The position numbers were made by a program, and so were the translations under genes. From Mytilus edulis (lineage: Eukaryota): a stretch of DNA of 64,000 nt. The notes below the pieces were generated by a model, which was not told where the DNA came from, searched no databases, and saw only the letters and a list, made by a program, of their open reading frames with translations. Shown here in pieces: positions 24,701-38,500 of the stretch. Positions within the stretch are counted from its first letter, which is position 1; each line of letters begins with the position of its first letter. The DNA is taken from contig NC_092348.1 of NCBI RefSeq assembly GCF_963676685.1, positions 496,001 to 560,000 of the forward strand. The letters run 5' to 3'.

Positions 24701-27700
24701 GTCTTTCTATTTGTAGTCTATGGAAAAAGGGAAGAAAAGAAAATTCAACAGCAAGGTAAGACTCATTTCTGTACTGATATATATGTCATGGGAATCTATG
24801 TTTAACCAAGAGATATAATATTAGTCTAGTCAAAAGTCCTGTGCACTTTTCAGATATTACTGGAATTTTTCAGAGTTATGCCATCCAGAGAAATCACGTT
24901 TAGAGAAAACAGGGGAGATAATTACATATAGTCAGATAATAGAGATAGTGATAAACCTTGGTAAATATTAAGGGCTATTGAATTAAAATAAATGTGGAGA
25001 GGGAATGAAGAGAAGATTTATTTTACCGGACATTGATCATTCATTATTTTTATCCACTAGCTGTATGTAAAATTACTCCAATAATGTTGGTTATGAGGGG
25101 AGTCACTTCCTTCCCATCAAAATATATTTTAATGAATAATGATTACATATTTTTGCATTTGTAAGTTTTACATTTTAACAAAAAGAAAGGACTTATAAAA
25201 TCTAAATGTTATATATATGGTGCTAATGGTTAACAAAATACACATTATTAAATTGACTATAATTTTAAATATATTTTGTAATAATATATAATGTTTCTTT
25301 TACAGGGCAAGAAAGGAAAGAAAGGAGGTAATTAGTTTTTACATCTCAAACAAAACAACAATTCTAAGAGACATGTTTCAATGTAAAATTAAGTTCCACT
25401 TGATCCTTAAAGAACTTTCAACAAAAATTTATTAAAACTCAGCCAGAAATACTCCATCAAAAATAAGAATTTCGTATTATAATCTTTTTAAACTCTGACT
25501 GCTGTTTAGGATAATTCTCTTTATGTATTTAGAAATTACTTATTTAAAAATTGTCCCTTTATAACTAAAGGAAATGTGATATGATTGCAAATGAGACAAG
25601 TATATGGTAGATGACAAATGACAAAGATAAAACCCCTTATAGGTCATTAAAAACAAATATACACTGCTCTGCCTTCAATAATGAAGAAAATCCATACTGT
25701 CTCATCAGCTATGTAAGGCCCCAACATGACATACTGTCTCATCAGCTATATAAGGCCCCAACATGACATACTGTCACATCAGCTATATAAGGCCCCAACA
25801 TGACATACTGTCTCATCAGCTATATAAGGCCCCAACATGACATACTGTCTCATCAGCTATATAAGGCCCCAACATGACATACTGTCTCATCAGCTATATA
25901 AGGCCCCAACATGACATACTGTCACATCAGCTATATAAGGCCCCAACATGACATACTGTCTCATCAGCTATATAAGGCCCCAACATGACATACTGTCTCA
26001 TCAGCTATATAAGGCCCCAACATGACATACTGTCTCATCAGCTATATAAGGCCCCAACATGACATACTGTCTCATCAGCTATATAAGGCCCCAACATGAC
26101 ATACTGTCACATCAGCTATATAAGGCCCCAACATGACATACTGTCTCATCAGCTATATAAGGCCCCAACATGACATACTGTCTCATCAGCTATATAAGGC
26201 CCCAACATGACATACTGTCTCATCAGCTATATAAGGCCCCAACATGACATACTGTCTCATCAGCTATATAAGGCCCCAACATGACATACTGTCTCATTAG
26301 CTATATAAAGCCCCAACATGACATACTGTCACATCAGCTATATAAGGCCCCAACATGACATACTGTCTCATCAGCTATATAAGGCCCCAACATGACATAC
26401 TGTCTCATCAGCTATATAAGGCCCCAACATGACATACTGTCACATCAGCTATATAAGGCCCCAACATGACATACTGTCTCATCAGCTATATAAGGCCCCA
26501 ACATGACATACTGTCTCATCAGCTATTTAAGGCCCCAACATGACATACTGTCTCATCAGCTATATAAGGCCCCAACATGACAAAACGTCTCATCAGCTAT
26601 ATAAGGCCCCAACATGACATACTGTCTCATCAGCTATATAAGGCCCCAACATGACATACTGTCTCATCAGCTATATAAGGCTCCAACATGACATACTGTC
26701 TCATCAGCTATATAAGCCCCCAACATGACATACTGTCTCATTAGCTATATAAAGCCCCAACATGACATACTGTCACATCAGCTATATAAGCCCCCAACAT
26801 GACATACTGTCTCATTAGCTATATAAAGCCCCAACATGACATACTGTCACATCAGCTATATAAGGCCCCAACATGACAAAACGTGAAACAATTCAAACAA
26901 AACCAACAGTCTTGTTTATGACAAACGATTGGACTTAAAACCAACAGTCTTGTTTATGACAAACGATTGGACTTAAAACCAACAGTCTTGTTTATGACAA
27001 ACGATTGGACTTAAAACCAACAGTCTTGTTTATGACAAACGATTGGACTTAAAACCAACAGTCTTGTTTATGACAAACGATTGGACTTAAAACCAACAGT
27101 CTTGTTTATGACAAACGATTGGACTTAAAACCAACAGTCTTGTTTATGACAAACGATTGGACTTAAAACCAACAGTCTTGTTTATGACAAACGATTGGAC
27201 TTAAAACCAACAGTCTTGTTTATGACAAACGATTGGACTTAAAACCAACAGTCTTGTTTATGACAAACGATTGGACTTAAAACCAACAGTCTTGTTTATG
27301 ACAAATGATTGGACTTAAAACTAATATAACACACAACCACTGAATTACAGGTTCATCAATGCTACAGTGTTAAACATTATTTTGGTGTAACAGCACAAAA
27401 TTAGAAAAATGTAAAATTCAGTTGTCTTGACTTATTTATTGGCAAGAAGTACAAAAGCATCTGATGTAGAAAAACAATGAACAAAGTACACATCTTAGAA
27501 AACTCACAATTACTGAACATTGCTTCAAAGCCAATAACTACTAAGAAATGAATCCTGTACTCCCAGACTAAATCAGATTTCGAATATGAAGTAGTTTTAT
27601 GATATGTACACTGTTCTAGAATAGGGGAGATAATTTTATACAATTGTCTCCCTTTAGCAATGTATTTATAATATCAGACAAATATAATTCTATGATATCC

Positions 27701-27763
27701 TCATTAGGTTGATTTTGCAGTGTTTTTTTTTTAATTGCAGGATTTAAGAAGAAGAGGAGATGA
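18775..27763 (+). CDS. NGDN: Neuroguidin (Sas10/Utp3/C1D family, SSU processome / eIF4E-binding protein)
   Basis: Exons 18775-18897, 19193-19330, 19969-20053, 20345-20397, 20909-21011, 21929-22053, 22796-22851, 23410-23458, 23913-24008, 24717-24755, 25306-25327, 27741-27763, all GT-AG and in phase. Motifs KGISFLETKYQLLLSYL, RLVEIRTVLEKMRPIDQKLKYQIDK, DPLRFK, YVPPRL, ERAKKRALSSS, YEEERMMR and the C-terminal GFKKKRR match NGDN. AATAAA at 27771. Confidence 0.95.
21668..21955 (+). repeat. Tandem copies (about 81 bp) of an NGDN splice acceptor plus exon start
   Basis: CAG|ATTTGGATGAGACAGT at 21670, 21751, 21845 and the real site at 21926. Confidence 0.92.
25693..26877. repeat. 37-bp minisatellite
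   Basis: CATACTGTCTCATCAGCTATATAAGGCCCCAACATGA, about 32 copies. Confidence 0.97.
26899..27321. repeat. 38-bp minisatellite
   Basis: AAAACCAACAGTCTTGTTTATGACAAACGATTGGACTT, about 11 nearly identical copies. Confidence 0.97.
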
Positions 27764-29124
27764 TTTATACAATAAAATTATGAAAAGAAATTTATGTTTA
27801 ATTATTTAATACAAAGATTAAAAACCATACACAGGACAGAAAATATTATAATATTATTGATTTGAAGATTATTTGTCATGTAAATATATATCTACCTGTT
27901 ATACATGACAAAGTACTTTAAAGTTAAAATGAACATTCTGATGGAATTCATTTATGAGTTGAAATATCAGCTACAGGCTTCTTATGAAAGTACAATCAAA
28001 ATAAAGTGTATTTTATTGTTTATGTGGGAATATATTTATTACTTTGTCCTTCAATCTGCCTATTTATCTAAACCTAGTCATTTCCAGATGATTAGTTGTA
28101 TTCCTTTGACAAATATCCATCAACTTTGAAATGGGTACTAGTGATAATAAATATACAGTCATAATTGAATTTCACCAGATAGCTTCTACAGTTCATGAGT
28201 TGTTCCCCTTAGAATTTAATTACCAAAAAAATCAAGATGCTTTAATTAACTCTGAATACAAGCCTTGATGCTTCATAACTTATTGAAAAAAGAATGGGAC
28301 TTCAGAATGTTTTCTCTGAAATAAAATTGGGCAAAGAGAAAATTGTTTCATTCATTTATACAGTCATTATATATAATATCTAAATATGATACAAAGAACT
28401 GCAATCAATGGACTGGTTAATTGATTTGGATTCTGTAAATAATGTGTAGGAATGTTGGATCATGCATAATGATATCCCTTATCTTTTGAAACCATGTTCT
28501 AGAATTACCGATAAGTCTTTTATTAGTAGAAGTAACAACAATAAGCAATACTTATGCAGTATTGTTGGCTAAAAAAGGACATTACATGAAAAATATGCAA
28601 CAATTCAATTTAGAAAACTAATGGCCTAATTTATAACAAAACAAAACAAAACAATACTATGAACATAAACAACAAGCACTTAACTACAAGCTCCTGACTT
28701 GGGACAGAAACATCAAGAATGTGGCAGGGTCAAGCATGTTTTAACCCCCAAACCTTGAGAAGTGGTGTAACCGTACAACATAAGAATAAACTATAAAAAT
28801 CAGGTGAAAAAGGCCCAACGCATTAGATGGATACAAATAGAAATACATCTAGGCATGGATGGATACTTATACATCCAAAAAACAAAAAGACACAAGTATT
28901 TGTTTTTGTAACAATATTCTGTCCATTTTTGTGTGGTTACAGAAAGGCACTTCATTTGTTAACAATCCCTTGCATTAACATCAATAAAAAGTTGAAGGAT
29001 ACTGTATTTTCTAATTTTATATAAATCAGGGTTTTTTTAATTGTCACATTGTCTCTGACATCTGGAATGAATGGAATTATAAGGAATCAAACGTACTGTT
29101 GAAATGTTCGAAGATTATTTAAGT

Positions 29125-32100
29125 TTATTGAGAACAGACGACACATGTAATTGGTGTGTCCTGTTTGTATGGAGGACAGTATAGTGAACCACATTTAGCC
29201 AGGGTTGTGTAAAACAAGTAGCCATCTTGATTTGAGGTTCCACCTGGTAGATATTCTGGACTGTTGTCCATACAAACATACATAGAAGCTGCAGCATGAT
29301 CTGGTCGTCCTCCAGCAAGAAAACCATGATATTCCATTTTCCATCCAGGATAGCAAGTATTTCTGCCTGGTATCATGATACTGGCTGTGGTTTGTTTGGC
29401 TCTGCACACACTGCATGGTACATTTTTGTTGTGTTCGTCCTTGAAATATCCTTCATACTCTGCTCCATAGATGTTAGCATAATTCGAGTCATTGGTTCGT
29501 TGTAAGGTTGCAATGTTTGGATCCTCTGGTAGACATACAGGGTTTGCCGCTGACCCACTGTGAGCATACCAGGCTCCAGCAGCATAACCTATTAATAAAT
29601 TAATTTTCTGAAATCTTTGACAAAATGAGATGCTGAATAATGTCTAAAACTTTGAAGAACAATGTATTTGTCTTTGAATAATAGTCTTTAAAAATCATAA
29701 TTGTCCAGCAAATAAACATTCATTATTCAATTTTGCTTTGATGATTATGCCAGTCTGTTCTAATTTTGACCCCCCAAGGGTGAATGAGGAAATGAAATAT
29801 GGTCACTTGGTCTTCTCCTGACTGGCAGTAAATGCCTGCCGATGTGGGGCATCTGTTTGGCTGTGTGTAATGTTTCAAGTTCGCAGTCTCGTCCGGTCAG
29901 AATGGGGACATTAAATCAGATGCCTGGTGTAAAGAGAAAAAATTTTCTATCCCTATCCAATATACCCTCGTTTTCCAGTGGCAGTTCAAATTTCCCCGAC
30001 CATCATCCAAAATAGCCTCTATTATGACAAGACCTACCTATTGTAGTTATTGTTAACTTGTTCTCGACCTGAACATGCATGAAATATTTGCCACTGGACG
30101 TTAAACAACCAACAATCTAATTTTGACCTGTACACCATTTTGATTGTTAATTGACCTTTAAAAAAATCATATATTGCATTACTTGGAGTGATATACTAGT
30201 ATATTATTGTGTTATTTCTTTCATTTTTGTTTAGCCTTCGACTTTAGTCGAAAAAGCGAGACATAGCGATCCTACATGCCGTCGGTGTTGTCATCGGCAG
30301 CGTCCACAAATATTCACTCTGTGGTTAAAGATTTTGAAATTTTAATAACTTTCTTGAAATATCCTGGATTTCTACCAAACTTGGAAAGAAGCTTGTTTAT
30401 GTTCATAAGATAGTATCCAGGAGAAAATTTTGTAAAAATAAAATTCCATTTTTCAGCAATTCTGTATTTTATTGTCGAGCCTGCAACTTTTGTTGCAGAA
30501 AGCTCGACATAGGGATAGTGATCCGGCGGACTTCTTAAAAGCTTTATATTTTAGAAGGTAGAAGACCTGGATGCTTCATACTTTTTATATGGATGCCTCA
30601 TGTTACGAACTTTCCGTCAGTCACATGTCCAATGTCCTTGACCTCCTTTTCATGGTTCAGTGACTACTGAAAAAAAAGTTAAGATTTTTTGTAATGTTAA
30701 ATTCTCTCTTATTATAAGTAATTGGATAACTATATTTGGTATGTGCGTACCTTGCAAGGTACTCATGCCCGTCAGACAGTTTTCACTTGACCTCGACCTC
30801 ATTTCATGGATCAGTGAACAAGGTTAAGTTTTGGTGGTCAAGTCCATATCTCAGATGCTATAAGCAATAGGTTTAGTATATTGGGTGTATGGAAGGACTA
30901 TAAGGTGTACATGTCCAACTGGCATGTGTCATCTGACCTTGACCTCATTTTCATGGTTCAGTGGTTATAGTTCAGTTTTTGTGTTTTGGTCTTTTTTTCT
31001 TATACTATATGCAATAGGTCTACTATATTTGGTGTATGGAATGATTGTAAGGTGTACATGTCTAGCTGACAGGTGTCATCTGACCTTGACCTCATTTTCA
31101 TGGTTCAGTGGTCAAAGTTAAGTTTTTGAGTTTTGGTCTATATTTCTAATACTTTATGCATTAGTCAACTATATTTGGTGTATGGAAATATTTTATGATT
31201 TATATGTCTGTTACACAGGTTTTATTTGACCTTGACCTCATTTTCACGATCCATTGCTTAGTGTTAAGTGTTTGTGTTTTGGTCTGTTTTTCTTCATTTT
31301 TAAGCAATAAGTCAACTATATTTGTTGTATTGAAGAATTGTTAGCTGTACATGTCTGCCTGGCATGGTTCATCTGACCTTTACCTCATTTCATGGTTCAT
31401 TGATAAATGTTTTGTTTTCTTTGGTTATTGTTGAGTTTATGTGACAGTTGTAATAAAGCTTTATATTTAGGTCTATCAACATAATATCAATGATTAGTAA
31501 AGAAGGCGAGACATTTCAGCGTGTGCACTCTTGTTTATAAATGGACTTAGTTTTTCTGCCAGGAACCATTACATTCACTCTGTGGATAAAGTTTTTTTTC
31601 CGTATTTTACTTTTAAATGGACTTAGTTTTTCTTCCAGTTAACATTACATACAGTCTGCAGTTAAAGTTTTTAAAACATTTTTAAGATTCTTAAACTAGC
31701 CTGGATTTTTACATAACTTGGACAGAAGCTTTTGACAATCAAAAGATAGTATCAAGAGGAATAATGTTATTGATTTTTTTCATCATTTTTGTTGAGTGTG
31801 TGATTAACGGCAAAAGTAGGCGAGACACTGGGTTCTGCGGAACCCTTACAAATTTTTTATTAGTTTATTTTGGCCAATTTTGTGACATTTATTAGAATTT
31901 TCTACCCTTATTTTTTTAACAGATGTACCCGGTAAAGTTATTCAAATATAAAGCATGCACTTGTTCATTGGGTGTCACAAAAACAAGGTAACTTTGTACC
32001 TTAACCCTCTCAATTGTATGATAGATGATAAGAAAGACCAGTTAAAGCAGGCACGGATCCAGAGGGGGGGTTCCGGGGGTTGGAACCCCCCCTTTTTTTT

Positions 32101-34586
32101 GGACGATCAATGCATTTGAATGGGGACATATAATTGGAACCCCCCCTTTGTCCTGGGTTAGGAACCCCCCTTTTTTAAAATGGCTGGATCCGCCCCTGTA
32201 AAGGCTATGTAATGGATTATGATTTATGGTATTGTGAGTGATATATAGGATGCCAGATTATTCAGAATGTAACTGACATATCTTACCTCTGTACACTATT
32301 TCTGTGTTATTATGACTACATTGTTTTCGTCCCCACCTGACATATGAGGAACCAAAATCTAAAATTCAAAAATAGAAATGTAAGTGATATTGCTGCAATA
32401 ATTTCTATGCAACCATAATTTTTAGCTCACCTGGCCCATAGGGAATTCAACTTTATGTATTTTCACATAGGGTCCAAAATTAAACTTCAATTGATTTCAT
32501 CAAAATTTGAATGCTTGGGTTTCTTGAATTTGCTGAATCTAACCGTGTATTTAGATTTTGGATATTGGACCATAATAGCCAAAAAGTCCAATTTCAATTT
32601 GTAAAGTACATCCATTCTGCACCAGAAACCAATAATGTATCAAATATTTAATCACAATGCAAATTCAGAGCTGTATCAAGCTTTAATGTAGTGTCCATAC
32701 TGTCTCTAAATGTTCTGGGTTCGACCTCTTCGGTCGTATCAAGCTGCGCACAGCAGAGTATTTTATCTATTATACAACACGATGCAACCGAATATGAACA
32801 TCGATTAATATTTCGAAAGGGTATCTACGTCATATGGATTTATGAAATTTGGTTTCAGGGTTATATATAAGCAAACTGTACAATGTGATGTGATTTCAGA
32901 TTTATCACCCAACAACTTCTTGTTAACTGAACACTTTTTACACATTTGACTTATATAATAGTTCTTGAAAAACTGGTCATTATCGTGATATATAGACTGC
33001 CCACAGGACAGTGGTATTGACTAAGATAGTGATAATGACTGAGCCGAAGGCGAGGTCATTATCGCTGTCGCAGTCAATACCAATGCCCTACAGGCAGTCC
33101 ATGTATCATGATAATGACCAGTTTTTCAAGAACTATTATGTTTATTTCATTGAGAAACCATGTTTTGAAAATTGTCATAAATTCAAAATGCCTACAGCGA
33201 ACTCGAGTAGTTGTACGATTTCTATGGCAAAGAGTGAGGACCAGTCGTAGTAATACTGCCATTCATTTTAGTGCAATTTTTCAGTATATAAATACTTATT
33301 AATCAAGTTATCTTCAATTTTATAATTAACGAAAACATATAATAAACAATTCAACAACTTAAATATAATCATATATTAAAAACAGGAACATGTTTTATAA
33401 ACGTTACATCTCTCTAAAAAGAGAAACCACGCCCCACTGGTCATTAACAGAGAAACGACGCCCCAACAGTCATTATCAGACAGAAACCACACCCCAACGG
33501 TCATTATCAGACGGAAACCATGCCCCACCAGTCATTATCATGTAAAAGTTGTTAACGACCGGTTTTCTGGTCCATTTTTTTCTGTTAATGACCGATGGAA
33601 TTTATTACTGAAGAATAATGAATGTCATGTGACCCCTTTTAATCCAATAAGAGAATCTTATTCTCAACCGATATGAAATAAACTACGATACAAGTAGATT
33701 TCTGAAATTTGGTTTCTTCAGGGTTTATATAAGCCATCTATACCATGTCATAGGCTAATCAAGGAGGGGGCTGGGGTCTGGGTCCCCCCTTTCGTGGGAA
33801 AAAATTGGTTGATTATATACAGAATCACAGAAGAATGACTGGAGCGGGCCCCCTTATGAAAAGTTCTGGATCTGCTACTGTTTGTGATCTGTTTTCAGAT
33901 TCACCAAGCAACAAGTCACTATTTATTAAAGTATTTGGGCGGCAGTGTACTCAACATGCATTCATTGATACATTTCTAACACGATCAGCTTCTAAATATT
34001 TAGAAAAACACCTTGTCAAAATGTCAAACTTTGTCAAACTGTACATGCCAAAACACCCAACAAACAAAATTGTTTTCCATTAATCTGCTAAACTTCCAAA
34101 TATCATAAGTACACTTTCAATCCTTTATTACGCTTATCAACGAATCATCCATCACTAGCTACAAGACTTACTTTGATCAGACTGTAGCCACCACTAGCTA
34201 TAAGACTTACTTTGAGCAGACTGTAGCCACTACTAGCCATAAAACTTACTTTGAGAAGACTGTAGCCACCACTAGCTATAAAACTTACTTTTAGCAGACT
34301 GTAGCCATCACTAGCCATAAAACTTACTTTGAGCAGACTGTAGCCACTACTAGCCATAAAACTTACTTTGAGAAGACTGTAGCAGCTGTACCGATGTTGT
34401 TAATGTTTGTATTTGTTGAGATGTTGTGGTCGTTATCGCGTCAAGACGAGCAGACAAGTCTTGAATCTTTTTTTCAAGTTGATTAACAACATCTCCATCA
34501 TTCAGAAGCAAGCGTTTATCCTTCAGAGTACACTCTGAATTAGAAAGAAATCCAAGGTGAAAAAGATAAACCCAAAGTAGAAACAT
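29125..34586 (-). CDS. Secreted 'short-chain collagen C4-like' family protein (signal peptide, coiled coil, Cys-rich C-terminal domain), about 251 aa
   Basis: Exons 34586-34367 (MFLLWVYLFHLGFLSNSEC, KRLLLND, coiled coil), 32358-32287 (SYVRWGRKQC), 29588-29125 (GYAAGAWY..G.AANPVCLP..P, IYGAEYE, VPCSVC, MIPGRNTCYPGWKMEYHGFL, YVCMD, CGSLYCPPY, ITCVVCSQ-stop). Both introns are phase 1, GT-AG. Confidence 0.88.
29795..30120 (+). mobile_element. SINE-like repeat
   Basis: GGGGACATTAAATCAGATGCC central segment and GAAATATTTGCCACTGGACGTTAAACAACCAACAATC 3' end with a short-repeat tail. Confidence 0.45.
30230..31855 (-). mobile_element. Nested Helentron/DINE-like elements (inner element about 30468-31535)
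   Basis: Two terminal hairpins (TTCGACT..AGTCGAA and GTCGAGC..GCTCGAC), shared GCGAGACA subterminal motif, inner TGACCTTGACCTCATTTTCATGG repeats. Confidence 0.6.
32048..32198 (+). mobile_element. MITE, hAT5-like
   Basis: Same TIR family; perfect 5-bp TSD TAAAG. Confidence 0.85.
33749..33880 (-). mobile_element. MITE, hAT5-like, degenerate
   Basis: Reverse-complement homology to 35056-35202. Confidence 0.7.
34148..34384 (-). repeat. 39-bp tandem array made of an exon 3' end plus its splice donor
   Basis: Six copies of GCTACAGTCT(T/G)(C/A)T(C/A)AAA|GTAAGT..; the first is the real donor at 34366. Confidence 0.92.
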
Positions 34587-35055
34587 CGTATATAAACAAA
34601 ATTTGATAAGAGCAGATAAGAAATGGTTGAAATCTTTATTTTATAGATCAGTCAGGATTCTACTTCGTCAAAATTATCTCCCCATTATGCCAGTTGATTT
34701 TCACAATCGTAGAAATGGAAGCCATTGTAGGGATGACGCGCTGCAAATTTTGCTCTCGAAAACCGACAAATATATCCCTATTGCACCATTACGATCCTTA
34801 TATGTCAGTTGTATTTTAAAAGACAAATGTATCAACTAGCTAATGAGCATCAGTTAATGATTTTGTCTGCATTGATTCAACTTAAAACTATTGTATGATC
34901 GGTTGTCAGGTGGAATTTTCAAAAAATCATTAACATTTAAAAAAAAATTCTAATTAAATATTTCGTGGAAGGGCAGACTAGATGTGTTCATTGGTTGAAG
35001 ACTATAAACCCTGTTTTTCACGCACAAAAAAATATAATTTACGAAGATATGCATT

Positions 35056-35202
35056 CAGTGGCGGATCCAGAAATTTTCATAAGTGGGGGCCCACTGACTG
35101 ACCTAAGAGGGGGCCCGCTCCAGTCACGCTTCAGTGATTCCCTATATAAGCAACCAATTTTTCCCCCCAAAAGCCCCCCCCCCCCCCCTAAATCCGCCTA
35201 TG
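35056..35202 (+). mobile_element. MITE, hAT5-like
   Basis: TIR CAGTGGCGGAT/ATCCGCCTATG; TSD GCATT. Confidence 0.85.
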
Positions 35203-36938
35203 GCATTTTCATCATCCAACTTGAAAGACTGTATTCAAGTACTTTCAGTTAAAAAACAGCTATTCGAACACACCAACTCTGTTTTTGTGATTCATCAGAT
35301 AGGTATTCACTTGACCCATATATTTCATCTTTTAGTACTGTGATTGTTTTTATGTTATAAAGCCAACCTGTAGCTTTTATATATAAAAATGATAGAATCT
35401 GAAGCGAGACGATGTATGAAATATTACTGCTTTGTACGATATCAAGACAAAATATTCAACTCAAACATGCCCTAACATAAAAAGGTGCACTCGTTTTCTC
35501 TTTTCGACAGAATTGTTTATACCCAGTTTTTTGGAATTTTTTTTCTTGAGTCATATAATGGAAGGGCAGGCACAAAAATTACTAAACTAATAGATTGATA
35601 TGTTTTCCGTCTTCTAGTTTTGGTAAAAAAAAAATCAAATCGGAGGTTATGCATTTTCTACACTCAACTTGAAAGATACCCATGTCGTTGACTTGATATC
35701 TAATTGTTCTGCTTAACTATGCACTAGATAAATTGAAAACTTATGCAAATGGTGTTTTTGAAATAAAACATTTCGTTTTTTAGAAGAAAATTGTAATTTT
35801 GTTTGTTTCAATTAACTTTTATTTTTTTTGTCACCGAAGTAAACATTACAGTAAGCAATTATCTCCTTCTCTAACAAAGAGCTTTGATTCTTTTGTTCTA
35901 TTTCAACCGGGTTTCCGACCGAGACATGTAACAAAATCTGCACCAAATTAATTTAAGTTATCTTGTTTTGTTCCACTTGCCCTTGCATGGAATCATGGTA
36001 ACCGGGGTGTTTCGTGCATACAACCATTGTAAACCTTATTCCCCACATGCATGTAACCATAGAAATCAGGAATGCATATACATACTGTTACCATTATATT
36101 CCATACATGATATCATAGTAACCAATATTCTTTATTGCATATAGACATCGTTATACTTGGATTCTTTAACCCCGATTCCCTATGCATGTCATAGGTAACC
36201 ATGGAACTTGTAATCCTGAGTCCGATCTCGTGCATACGTAACAGTTTTAAACATCCAATTGTCCCATGCATGTAACCCATAAAACCAGTATATCTCATAC
36301 ATATAACCATAGTAATCAGAAAAAAGAACCGCCCGTTTAAAAAAAGTATAACATTTTGATGGAATAATATATATTTTACCATAAAATCAAGATGAGTTTG
36401 ACTTTCGTTCTTTTGACTTTGACCTTTCTCGAGATATGGTTCTTGGTTGTTGTAAAACATCAAATCTGTGGTTTTCAAATAACAAATAGAGGACCAGAGC
36501 CACTTTAGATTGATAGCAAATGAAAATAAATCGAACGTTTTGGACCATAAACACCGGTTAGTCGGGTTCAATTTTTCGGCGTTTACATGCACTTTTGCTT
36601 TCCTGCAGTTATATTTCTTTGATGTTTGAAAAATTCAAAATGTTGTCGTTACTGGAGGAAAAACCTCTTTTTGTATTTATGATAACGGGAAGATTTGTAC
36701 CACTAATAAACAGAAGCATTTTCCACTAAAAAAAACTGTTTTTCAACATTTGACCAGAGTTATACCCCTCTAATATAAATTTACTTGTATTCCTAATATG
36801 AAATGAACACTTGCAATTTGTTTTTCTTCTTTTTTGTATGAACATCACCATTCAGGTGAGCACCTCACTCGAATTCGAATAAATAAGATACAACATTCAG
36901 GTAAGGTCTCTATAATAATTTTTATTCCATTTTATGTG

Positions 36939-37308
36939 TATGCCCCATTTATGGCGATTATTTTTTTTCGGTCACTGCGTCCGTCCGTTCGTCTGTCCGG
37001 CTTCATCCAGGTTAATATTTTTGCTCTTGAAAGGTAGTTTTTGATGAAATTGAAGTCCAATCATCTTGACACTTTTAAATACACATATAGTAAAGAAGAT
37101 GTGGTATGATTGCCAATTAGACAACTGTCCACACAGGAACAAAATGACACAGATATTAACAACGATGGGTCACCGTACATGTTCCCTATGATATGAACTT
37201 TCTAATTTTAATGCCAAATTAGAGTTTTGTCCCCAATTTCACGGTCCACTGATAATAGAAAATGATAGTGCGAGTGGGGCATCCGTGTACTATAGACACA
37301 CTCTTGTT
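36939..37308 (-). mobile_element. Helentron/DINE-like copy with a nested dispersed-repeat fragment (about 37089-37180)
   Basis: Reverse-complement homology to 1682-1987. Confidence 0.7.
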
Positions 37309-38500
37309 GGTAATATTTTAATGAATTGCACTGGATGGCAGCAATGTCTATTCGATGGTATTCATAATTTTTTTTATCCATATACACTGCCTTTGAACTT
37401 TGACAGAGTATGATGCTACAGGAACAAACTCCTGATCTCTCAGTTGTGGCAGGCGGGGGAAATATGTGATCATCAGATCACCTCTCTAGTTTTGGTTTTT
37501 GTTAAATCAGTTAAATCAGTTCCGATTATGAAAGTATAACTTAAACTGGTCCGATCGCTGACTCGAATAAAAAATATAAAGCCCTGCGGGTCATTAGTCC
37601 CTTGCTTGATTCCAACCTCTAATAAGACGCTAGTTTACCAACTAAGATGACTGCAACATGTAATTTATTAAACAGCTTGGATACTGATTTATAAATCCGT
37701 TGTAACATTTTTGAACAAAAAAATGTCCTTATATAACTGACCTTTTTCGTCTTTGATTGTATGTTTAACACTGAAGCTAACCTGACACTTCTACACATAT
37801 ATATGTAAAGCAATTGGATATTTAACACAATCTATAGGTTAACAAATCGTAACAATACGAACAAATGAAATGGGATAAAAGTCTAGGAGATAACAATTAT
37901 CTATTTATTTCTATCTTTTCATAGATAAATGTCAAGGCACAAATAAAAAGGTATTTTTACTGTTAACGATTAACAAGACGATTAGTACATTTTGATTAAC
38001 AACCCACTACTTCATGATACTAAACGTATAAAACAAGGACAAGACGTGGTCCAGCTACAGGCACTAAAGGCTTCTGAATTATATAGATTATTTGTTTATG
38101 AATATCAATGGGACAACTATCAATTGAGATCTCCATATAAACGATATTTGCCAATACAACACAACTGCCTACCAAACTTCATTGAAATTATCATAAAATT
38201 ATACACTTGTATCCAAACTGAGCAAATTCATTTATTAGTATTACTGCTGTTGATACAATTGTTTCATACTAGTACAAGTAAATCCTTTTTATATGAAATG
38301 TCTTACCAAGAAAAGAAATACGTGCATGTATGATATTTATTCTTCATTTTGCAATAGTATAAGTGTATTATATTAGTCCTGAGACCATCTATCTTTCTAC
38401 CTTCAACTTTTGGCACTAAGTCACAACTTTGACCATTACAAGCTAGATCTAACAAAAAGTGCACATTTAAAACCTGTAAAACATTTTGTACAATCAAGTG

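Noticed and set aside
34534-34537. Internal acceptor implying an additional upstream coding exon for the secreted protein
   Set aside because: The in-frame ATG at 34586 already supplies a plausible signal peptide; an extra exon is not needed, though not excluded.
36113-36592. 159-aa minus-strand ORF
   Set aside because: No recognisable domain; it overlaps degenerate repeats (CATGCATGTAACC) and is probably TE-derived non-coding sequence.
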